From Tubiluchus corallicola (lineage: Eukaryota > Animalia > Priapulida), in assembly GCA_030141605.1 (NCBI GenBank), contig JAQGDQ010000007.1, positions 186,001-250,000 of the forward strand: a stretch of DNA of 64,000 nt, read 5' to 3'. Below, piece after piece: positions 56,301 through 64,000 of the stretch. The notes under the pieces were generated by a model. That model had not been told where the DNA came from. It saw nothing but the letters and a program-made list of their open reading frames with translations, and did no database searches. The number at the start of each line of letters is the position of its first letter. Positions within the stretch are counted from its first letter, which is position 1. Made by a program: the position numbers and the translations under genes.

Positions 56301-58251
56301 TTGCCCAAGTCTTTCTAATATTAGTTTTATTATCATGTAGTAAAGTACAATAATAATTTCTTTTGGCTAAATTTATGAGATGATTAAGTTTATTAGAAAA
56401 TTGTTTATATTGATTAATTTTTAAGATACTAGTTGTAGTCTTACAGTCCTTGTATAATCTACTTTTAGTTTTTATTGACACAAGAATACCTTTAGTTAAC
56501 CATGGCTTGGAGAAAGTTACTTTTTCAGTTCTTGACAATGTCTTAAGTGGGGCATGTTTATTAAGAACTTCTTGATATATTTGGAAAAAGGTACAGAAGG
56601 CAGAATTAGTTGGCACCTCGGAAAAGTCAACAGCATCGATCTTATTTTGCAAATCCTCCAGAAATAAAATCATGTTAAAATTCTGTTTATCCCTGATTTT
56701 AATTTTCTTTTTAACTATTAAGTTACCAATATTTTTAATAATAGCAAACACTGGTAGATGATCTGACACTTCATAAAGTATAATACCAGATATAATTGGA
56801 TTAGATAGATTATTCTGTCTAAATATCTATATCTGTCATAAATATCGTTATTCATAAACTGCACACGGAACCTGCTCGAACTGAACCCTAGACGAGCATA
56901 TGTCAACCCCTAACAAGAAACACTTGAACTAGCAGACCTTAGTAACTTGGTTCTTCCCGTGACTGTCCAAACTATCCCTACTCAACTGCAACATCAATGA
57001 GCCTTGCCCAGATAAATAGACAGATGAGACTGCTGTATCACAATGTGCCAAGTGCCTACCTTATGCCAATCCCCAAAACTGGCAACATTTTGAATTTAGA
57101 TGACTAAACCTTATTTCAACAGCAATTATTAATAACATTAATTAATAAAAAAACGTAATTTAAGAAGCCAGTCTTGGGCAAATCTAAACAGGTGCAAATA
57201 AAGCACATGTTGCAGGCAACGGAAATTTAGTTGAGGCTAAAGCATTCTATTGTGGTTTTGAGGAAGCCTCCTAAATAGCTTTACTAACTGCTGAAAGCAT
57301 GCCACTTCCTCGACTGAGAAAGAATAAATTCCAGTCTTAGAATATGTAACAAAAAATAGCCAATATTTCCAACAAAGTATATATTTAAATTAATTACGAT
57401 AAAGGTCTAATAAGTCTACACTTTCAACTCCAGTGACACCTAAATTCCACCAGTATCAGAATAACAAAGAACAATCAACTAATCGTTTCTGTAAGGTTGC
57501 AGCAAAGCGAGCAAACCAACATTAGACTGCTTAGAGGATGAATTATTGTCGTTCATCATTAGTTTCTCAAACACAGTTCTTGTACCACATTTACCATAGG
57601 ATCAGTATCTAGATTTGCCAATGAATCTAGATCATCCATTTTTTCACTTACAAAGTTGTACTGTGCAGGAGCTTAGAAACTTTAATACTGCCACAAGACT
57701 GATGATCAATCATAGAGCTATAAAGATCTTTGTGCTATTGTATAAATGCTGTGATTGTTTAAATACCATAGTCCAGATTCTTATAAGCTAAAAGAAACTG
57801 CAACGGATCTGAATCTTTAACATCTACTGGATCTAGATATCGGGATGCAGTATGACTAGATAAAACAAGTAGTATTGATATTTCATCTACGTATTCCCTA
57901 AAACTGTCAGGTTAGTGCTATGAGTCTCATTTCTAATGATTCCACCATCAATGCATTCATCATTAAATTTGAAATGGAAATAAGAAAAAAGATTTTCATT
58001 TCACGAGCAACATATCGAGTCCACAAACACTATACAAATATCTTCCAAAGAAAAACACACTTTTCGAAATGCTTTACACATTAAATAAAGGGGTACAAAA
58101 TGTACAACACACTTACCAGGACTTTCGTAAACCTCTTCTCAAGTTCAGAGTGGTCCGGCATCGGGCGGGGCTCCCTCAATAGCGTCCCTGAAGACGACAT
58201 GGCGTCTGAATGACTTGTAGGTCTACTCTTTCTAGAATCTGAATTGCCCAT
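14369..58251 (-). CDS. FMNL: Formin-like protein (FMNL/FRL subfamily): GBD/FH3-FH1-FH2-DAD, 26 coding exons, ~1062 aa
   Basis: Exons 5'->3': 58117-58251, 50899-50982, 48895-48987, 47397-47476, 47071-47154, 46730-46939, 45639-45809, 44057-44150, 43737-43814, 43093-43203, 42201-42350, 41262-41363, 40523-40661, 38681-38911, 37920-38044, 37152-37287, 36790-36917, 36127-36204, 35709-35795, 35178-35246, 34469-34549, 17953-18082, 17511-17683, 16849-16989, 14958-15141, 14369-14463. All GT-AG and phase-compatible, 3189 nt in total. Motifs: MGNSDS (myristoylation), [44 protein letters not shown], poly-Pro FH1, [40 protein letters not shown]. Confidence 0.95.
19168..22232 (+). CDS. Sulfotransferase-like P-loop protein, paralogue 1 (273 aa), nested antisense in the formin intron; family often annotated 'branched-chain amino acid aminotransferase-like'
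   Basis: Exons 19168-19275, 20513-20672, 20975-21136, 21572-21697 and 21967-22232, open frame. Motifs [49 protein letters not shown]...GL.Y.DTM.DW, W..W....FNSTHF. Confidence 0.88.
19470..20270. repeat. Minisatellite (~50-bp unit) with a ~232-bp higher-order duplication in intron 1 of paralogue 1
   Basis: Unit approximately TTTATATCAATGTATAACCAGTTTACATGTGTATGTTTGTGCATGTGCACG. The block starting at 19739 recurs at 19971. Confidence 0.85.
22777..23281. mobile_element. Tc1/mariner (pogo-like) MITE, 505 bp, internally deleted relative of the copy at 39022
   Basis: TIRs CAGTAGTCGCCGCTTAATAGAC ... GTCTATTAATCGGCGACTACTG, TA on both flanks, subterminal AATCGCTTAATTGACTCA repeats. Confidence 0.9.
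23641..24984 (+). pseudogene. Intronless ionotropic receptor (IR, iGluR-derived) pseudogene
   Basis: Stitching frames gives S1 ([16 protein letters not shown]; [26 protein letters not shown]), M1 ([13 protein letters not shown]), pore/M3 (FALFLRQG...[28 protein letters not shown]...PFHSL/KELANS) and S2 ([13 protein letters not shown]...[11 protein letters not shown]). At least two frameshifts and several stops. Confidence 0.8.
25112..25365 (+). pseudogene. Degenerate relic of exon 5 of a fourth sulfotransferase-like paralogue
   Basis: GAATCATTCCTCAAACAATACTGCCAGAA, CTGGTCTGGCTGCCCTAATGAAAACATG and CATTTTTATTCCACCA align with exon 5 of the three paralogues. The acceptor AG is lost and the frame is broken. 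Confidence 0.7.
25400..25775 (+). mobile_element. Decayed non-LTR retrotransposon reverse-transcriptase fragment (RTE/RTE-X-like)
   Basis: [12 protein letters not shown]...ANDLTLL...[15 protein letters not shown] resembles RT motifs (QG..LSP.LF..YMDD / ADDL.LL); ends in an AATAAATATATTATTAT tail. Confidence 0.65.
26101..26550 (-). mobile_element. 3' fragment of a CR1-clade LINE with a (GTGAT)n tail
   Basis: The minus strand translates [23 protein letters not shown]....TFKSGLN, like the CR1 ORF2 C-terminus. (ATCAC)6 at 26101-26130 is the tail. Confidence 0.75.
27017..29378 (+). CDS. Sulfotransferase-like P-loop protein, paralogue 2 (273 aa), nested antisense in the formin intron
   Basis: Exons 27017-27124, 27905-28064, 28357-28518, 28747-28872 and 29113-29378; same exon lengths (108/160/162/126/266) as paralogue 1. 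Motifs [39 protein letters not shown]. Confidence 0.88.
30399..34120 (+). CDS. Sulfotransferase-like P-loop protein, paralogue 3 (274 aa), nested antisense in the formin intron
   Basis: Exons 30399-30506, 31129-31288, 32206-32367, 32906-33031 and 33852-34120. Motifs [39 protein letters not shown]. Confidence 0.88.
32480..32835. repeat. Degenerate ~30-bp tandem repeat in intron 3 of paralogue 3
   Basis: Recurrent TTTC(G/A)AATTT(A)ACATGAA-like units. Confidence 0.45.
37793..37860. repeat. (GTT/GCT)n trinucleotide microsatellite
   Basis: TGTTGTTATTGTTGTTGCTGTTGCTGCTGCTGTTGTTGTTGTT... directly visible. Confidence 0.85.
39022..39854. mobile_element. Tc1/mariner (pogo-like) MITE, 833 bp, longer family member
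   Basis: TIRs CAGTAGTCGCTGCTTAATAGACTCA ... TGAGTCTATTAAGCGGCGACTACTG, TA target duplication; first ~410 bp and last ~100 bp are shared with 22777-23281. Confidence 0.9.
44560..45175. mobile_element. Possible old pogo/Tigger-type MITE remnant
   Basis: Left end CAGTTAAACTTCGTTATAACG resembles pogo-type TIRs; only a degenerate right end (CATTATAATGGGG) is visible. Confidence 0.3.
48590..48814. repeat. 16-bp minisatellite (TAGTGTATC(A/C)CTTGAT), ~14 copies
   Basis: Directly visible tandem array next to formin exon 3. Confidence 0.92.
49210..50130. mobile_element. Non-autonomous Helitron/Helentron-like (HINE-type) interspersed element with three ~140-bp internal repeats
   Basis: Three copies of GAAAGGT(C/T)...ATGAG(A/G)CAAA...ATGGTATA(A/G)GTTATGCC...GTTGACC at ~49432, ~49581 and ~49714, a TGACCTTTGACCC motif and a GC-rich GGGCCCGACTTGT end. 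Class assigned from recalled motifs only; ends approximate. Confidence 0.45.
52850..53260 (+). mobile_element. Decayed LINE 3' end, related to the adjacent minus-strand LINE
   Basis: Carries a 3' stem-loop (53142-53185) similar to that of the LINE at 53917-53959, followed by AATAAA. Confidence 0.5.
53829..56815 (-). mobile_element. 5'-truncated LINE (CR1/L2/Crack-Daphne group) in formin intron 1
   Basis: Begins at the end of the APE endonuclease ([15 protein letters not shown]). Has a full RT domain, a ~700-nt 3' UTR with a stem-loop, AATAAA and a (TTGAA)n tail. Confidence 0.93.
54551..56769 (-). CDS. LINE ORF2 reverse transcriptase (5'-truncated, one frameshift near the C-terminus)
   Basis: 702-aa ORF with [41 protein letters not shown] and KYLG. 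The C-terminus ([14 protein letters not shown]) continues in another frame at 54551-54754. Confidence 0.85.
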
Positions 58252-58917
58252 AGCTTCTCAACCTTTAGACTGGAAATATAAATAGAATGTGTCAATAAAC
58301 TCACGTGATACACATAAAGTCTCTAGATGATTAATACAAGATTGAATCAGTTTTGATCATTTATAGTAGTGCATCAAAAGTTAATTTTTCTTGAGTATAT
58401 TAAATAAAAAAGCAAATCTGAACTTTCTGACCTAGCTCTTCTTTAATCAGTGTAACCTAAGAAAAATGCCCGAGTATTAGTGAGTGAGGTAAATGGTGCA
58501 GTCAAGACTCAGTCTGCACAAAGTCCATTTTGTGTATATATAAACTGGAAAATGGGAACATTCCAGTACTTGTATCATAAAGCTGTCCATACCCAAAACT
58601 GCACTTAAGAAAAGTTAAAAAAATCTTTTACTGGCATTTTTTAGGTACAGGTGCATATTTCCCAACTAAACGAGTGCTGACGCATTTATGAAAAGTTAAG
58701 GATTCCTTTACTTGCATTTTTTTAATTTTTTTAGATACCAGTACATTCCCAACAAATGAGTGCTGATTATTTCACGCACAGACCAAGATTAGGTTGAGTA
58801 TGTACCCAATGCAAATGTTATCAGTTTCAGTCTGCATGAGTGTGCAGAGTAAATCAGGCATGAATTTAGAACTTATTCCAACAGTCACTTTTTTCATATG
58901 ATCTCTTCCATATAGAT

Positions 58918-59921
58918 CAGGGGTGTGCAAATTGCGGCCCGCGGGCTGCTTGCGGCCCGCCGAGAGATCTTGTGCGGCCCGCGAAGAGGTTTGTCAACGT
59001 AATGAAAGTGCGGCCCACGCGATCCAGCTGAAATCCGCGCCACTATCGCAAAGATAGTGCGGGTAGTTTTTTCCTCTAGATCGGATGGCAATAACCCTTA
59101 CAAGACTGCTGTCACTGTACTTGGAACACAAAAAAGCGATGTAATCGCAGAACACAGCAAACTATCAAGAAAGCCGCCATTCAAATGCTCAAATGTGCAA
59201 GAAATGCGAGAAGCAATCTGATTGGCTGGTAGGAAGACCAATTAGCCAATCTCTAGGCTTCTATTATCGGGCCTGTCTGTCCAGACGTCTTCTTGGTCAT
59301 AGCAGGTAGAACATTTTGACTTGGGTATTTTACAAAATAAATTATAAATAAAATTGTAAAATAACCAAGTCAAAATGATCTACCTGCTATGACCAAGAAG
59401 ACGACTGGGCAGACTAATTTGTAAGTAGCCAGCAAGCTGAAAAAGTGTGGTCACCCCTGATATAGAGGGATTCCCAGATTTTAGTTTCAGCTTAGGCTCA
59501 GTAGTACACGCCTCAATCAGGTACTGTTTCATCGTTTCATCAGATGTAGTGTTCTTATAGATCAGAATCATGGATAAGAAAAAGAGCAAGACTGAAGAAG
59601 AACAGCGAGTCAAAACATTAATATGCACTGTACTACACAGACTGTGTGATACACATTACTAATATGCATTGTAATGAAATTACCACTATCTGTTGTGAAA
59701 GTAGAAATATATGGTTTTTAATATAAATTTTAATATCATATAACTTCTAAAATAGTTTTTTGAGTGTAGTAGTGCAGTAGTGATGATGTGCGCAAATCAG
59801 ATGCAAAAAATCGTTACTAGGTCCTACTGTACTTGGCTCCTTGACCAAACTGTATGCGGCCCGCAGAAATTGCGGGAAAGTTTAATGTGGCCCGGCTAGT
59901 CAGATAATTTGCACACCCCTG
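58918..59921. mobile_element. Non-autonomous hAT (Charlie-type) DNA transposon, 1004 bp
   Basis: Perfect 16-bp TIRs CAGGGGTGTGCAAATT / AATTTGCACACCCCTG, 8-bp target duplication ATATAGAT (58910-58917 and 59922-59929) and subterminal GCGGCCC motifs. Confidence 0.93.
59275..59414. repeat. Long inverted repeat (~60-bp arms, 18-nt loop) inside the hAT element
   Basis: 59286-59335 and 59354-59403 are reverse complements with 2 mismatches in 50 nt. Confidence 0.9.
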
Positions 59922-60593
59922 ATATAGATGGATAGGTTGGAAAGCCTGGCAATTTTAAGTACTTTTCAAATACTACACTTAGTACACTAGATACAAAAAA
60001 GTAAGGCACTGAATATAGTGAATTTCTACAGGATTATCATTTGACAATCAGAAAATAATTTAAAATGTCTAATAAACTATAAACAGATCAAAGAATTAGC
60101 ATTAATTGACGAATGCCCAAGGTGATTTTTTTTGTAATTTATTATCATAATCAAATGCTCAAAAATTACGGCAAAAAGAATGGCGTACAAGTACAGCATT
60201 TTAGACAAGCAGAATGACATTAATCAAAAGAAATTGTTGCCCACATTTAAGCAAAGCAAAGAAATTTTCATTTATCTGAAAAGTAGTGTAATAATGATTA
60301 GGTACCATAAATGGATAATTATATACTATTCCTAAATTTTAATCGCAGGGCTTAAAATTATATATAAATGAATTACATTGCTAACAGTGCTGCAGTAGTT
60401 GCTACGTCTGATGAAATTTAGGTATTTCTCAAATCAAGCGTCATATATGGACATAGAAGGCATATACAAACATAGGTCACCTCACTTATTTTACGAAGTT
60501 AGAAAGGAGAAAGATGTAGAGTGCCTAACTGCACTGAACCTAAATCATTAGCCTTTAGTTCTACTTTATATCTCAATCTATAGTTCATGAAAC

Positions 60594-61015
60594 AGTAGGG
60601 CGAATATGCCACTAGCCGAAGTAGGACACTTCCGCTAACGTGCATATGCTAAATTTGCAAAAGAGGCATCATACATGGGCAGCCCATGGATCATGTCTGT
60701 GAAGCGAGACAAAATAAAAAATGACATACCTTAAGCAAATGTTGAAATCTCCCAAAAAGTGGGTTTATTTTACTTCAAAAAGATTAATATCGAAGACAAA
60801 TTTAATATTGGCCATTCTACTAGCTCAGAATAACATTTTTTTATTTTATCAGAAGTATAATGAATTGTTCAACATGTATTGACATTTTTAATTATTATTA
60901 TTAAATAAACAAGGACAATGGACACTGCCAGTATGGTTAACAACTCAGTTTGTGACCTGTCCTACTTGGGCTAGCCCATGTATGCCAACTGTCCTACTTC
61001 GGCTATGTCCTACTC
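60594..61015. mobile_element. Degenerate MITE with long imperfect terminal inverted repeats
   Basis: TAGCCGAAGTAGGACA (60613) vs TGTCCTACTTCGGCTA (~60990); CATACATGGGCAGCCCA vs TGGGCTAGCCCATGTATG. Confidence 0.6.
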
Positions 61016-63065
61016 TGCTCCCAACAAAACTTCAATTTAACATAAGAGTAAAGTAAAAGGACAATAGTAAAGACCGGGTCTACTTGTCAACTCTTTCACG
61101 ATAGGTAGGCTGTTTTTTGAAGACTTTTAAAAATGTAACAAAGTGAAGTAGTCTGTCCTTCACAGCAAGTGCAAAGCACCAAAATTTCTAACTACTGGTC
61201 ATTAAAGGTCAAAAAACAATATGATACAAATGTATGAGTGCAATAGTGAAATTTATTTTAATATAACCAAATTTAATAGATTGCCAAGTATCTTAACTAA
61301 TTTCTATTTAATACGTGTTTAAATTCCATGAATGCGTATGCATTAACAGGAAAAAAAGCAAGACACGAGATCAGATTACAGCAGCCTTGCAAACTTACAC
61401 TTGGTAATTCATGCGTAGCTACAGCGCGTTTCACGTTTATGACAAGCCCGACAAGCGCCAAGGCTACAAATACAAAACTCAAATTCAAACAAGTAACAAA
61501 TCACTTAAATTTGTACGCAAATCTCAAACAATTTAACTTTAAACATTATGCGTAATATATTAATGACTAACCATGGGTTTGTCAACCATTTTAATAATTG
61601 CACAACATCCGTAATTGAAAAACCACCTACTGATTAATCTGCTACCCAAGTACCCATTCTGAGTTTAACGCGTTATTTACATGATTAGTCACGCCACCTG
61701 CGGCTAAAAGTGGAGTAATACCGCTGCGCCATCTATTATCAGACAAAGTTTACACACAAATGGTTATTAGTTGATATGACTAATATCTAACGAAAGTTAT
61801 GCTGACAAGCCACTATCGCAGTAGTGCCTATAGTTTTTTCGCTAGATTACCTCTGTGTTTACCTGTCTTGAAGACGGAATGCCTGCCCAATGTCTACAAT
61901 AGACATAGCAGACATAACACAGTGTTATGATGATAGTCTATATTTGCTTAATATTCAAGTCAGGAATTAAATCACAAGTTGTGATCAAACAATTTCATTA
62001 ATTTACCTTTTTAATTAATCTATCAAGAGTAACTTAATAAAAGAATCACTCGAGCTTGAAATCAGTCACTAGATTTCAAGCTGCCCACTTCGCTAAGTGC
62101 TAAGGTCGCACTACGAGCAGTTATACATTAAAAATCTCATATATGTACAAATAGATCTGCACAGTAGGAAGTAAGTGAAATTTAGTGCCACGTCTGGTGC
62201 AAGAGCAAACACCCTGCTAATAAGAATTCCCATGAAATGCTTTACAGGACAGCTAAGATAAATCGTAGAACATTCAAGTCATCTGCCAGGTAAAAAAGAC
62301 ATGTTACTAATATAAATGAAATTAAAGAAAATGCATTTACATTTACCAAGTTGCATTCTTAATAATTTATTTCAACATAATCTACAGTAGGTTAACTATA
62401 ACATACTCTATTCCTCAAAAATAGTGTATACTATATAATATTGTATTTTCTCAACAACACCATATCAACAACTCCTTGCAACGTTGTCTGCTTATTTGTA
62501 AACAAAATTTGATCTGTCCCTTCAACAAATGCCGAAACCACAGCGATGTCAGCTTTTTCCACTAAATGTTACATTACAGCTCCACTAAATCTTAGAAAAT
62601 TCTAAAAAACCGGATTCAAAATAACTGTCATATTTGGTACGCATGCATATATTAGATATGGAAATGTATTTACTATAGTCATAAGTTTTTCATATCCACA
62701 TAACTTATTGCATAAAGCAATCAGTAATTACAATAAAATTTTGTGACCTTATCGCTCTTTAAAATGCATGAACAAGGAAAATTTAATAATACTCATCAAT
62801 TTTATATAACAAAAATATATTACCAGCACACTAGTTTACTAAGTTTGCAACAATCCATTTCTTCACTGTTTTATTGACATTATTAACACTTCTATTACTA
62901 ATAACCATTGGAAAATGCTTGAGCAAAATCCGCATAAACATTCTTGTAGAGTGCAATAACAACACCGCGAAAGTACAGCTTACAAACAGACAGAGCAATC
63001 AAAATGTACGAAACTGCTTTCAGTAATTCACCTGTAATTAGAAAACAATAAATACTTTCATAATA

Positions 63066-63284
63066 CTACTTAGAGGTAGCAGCATTATAATCCTTGTGTA
63101 GCAGGCGCTGCATTATCGGAGAATCAATTGCTGCATTCGTGAATAGACAGCCAACAAATGTTCGGGAGCCCCACAGGTGATGGCGTATAACCTTACAACA
63201 ACCGAGGTCATCAATTTCAAAGCCAAAGTGACGATACCTCTCGTCTGTCTCAAACATGGTAGAGTTTGTGAACTGCCCCAAGTA
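63066..63284 (-). CDS. MMADHC: Cobalamin trafficking protein CblD (MMADHC), last coding exon; rest of the gene is beyond the window
   Basis: [51 protein letters not shown] matches the MMADHC C-terminal signature ([25 protein letters not shown]); CAG acceptor at 63285-63287. Confidence 0.93.
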   Translation of the reverse strand, partial: YLGQFTNSTMFETDERYRHFGFEIDDLGCCKVIRHHLWGSRTFVGCLFTNAAIDSPIMQRLLHKDYNAATSK

Positions 63285-64000
63285 CTGTTAAAAAACAAAA
63301 CTGAATATCAAATAATTAGTCAGAAAAGAATTGCCACTGCACCAGGAAAGTTATATATGCATAATCCTTCTGTAACTTTAGTTATACTAATACGTTTAAC
63401 ACAAAACAATCAATACCAGTTGAATCAAAACTTGACAACGTGACAGTGCATAACCTGAAGTGGTATACTTACATGTTACATCTTGAACACGAAAAATTCT
63501 CTAGTTGCAAAACAAATTTTATAGGCAGAAAACTGATCGTAAAGTCTGACAGGCGCATGACAATGGGAAGTGACCATTACTCAGCAAGTTAGTCTATATA
63601 CCAAATTAAGTTGTAACCCAAGCTTCAAAAAAAATTCCAATTTGATTAGAAGAAATAAGGTTCCTTAATCTAGACTTCTGCTTCAAAGGTAAAAGGCTAC
63701 TTCAAAACAAATTCCTGGGTAAGTTAATAACATACAGTTAAACCTTGTTATACACCTGCAAAATGGCAAGAACAAAATGGATAGCTATATTAAACATTAT
63801 ACAGACAAATTAATATATATGTTCAATGAAGAAATACCACAAGCCATGCCAGTGACCTTGATATTATGCCGTCTGTACGAGGCTGTCATATGCTCCGCTG
63901 AGTCGCTTACACTGACCAGATGACCAGACGTCACCTGTCATGCAAAATAATGCATTATACCATGCTTTAATTGCTGTCAAGATATACTATACATCGAATA

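Noticed and set aside
53805-56825. Target-site duplication around the LINE (TTCTGTCTA on both sides)
   Set aside because: The left copy is ~15 nt away from the tail and the match does not extend, so it is not a clean TSD.

Overview
AT-rich, intron-rich animal genomic DNA, probably a protostome invertebrate because it carries an ionotropic-receptor-type sequence. Left to right: the 3' part of RPL14 (+), a complete cytochrome b561 gene (+), a near-identical 2.18-kb tandem duplication, and a complete 26-coding-exon FMNL-type formin (-, 14369-58251, ~1062 aa). The window ends with the last exon of MMADHC (-). The most striking structure is the formin's 16.4-kb intron (18083-34468). On the opposite strand it holds three intact five-exon paralogues of a stand-alone P-loop sulfotransferase-like family, a decayed exon of a fourth copy and an intronless ionotropic-receptor pseudogene. 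RPL14 introns contain chains of hairpins and a cryptic 5' splice site. Introns also carry several transposons (a nearly intact LINE, Tc1/pogo-type and hAT MITEs, CR1/RTE-like fragments) and minisatellites. All exon calls were made by hand from GT-AG boundaries and reading-frame continuity; no database search was run.
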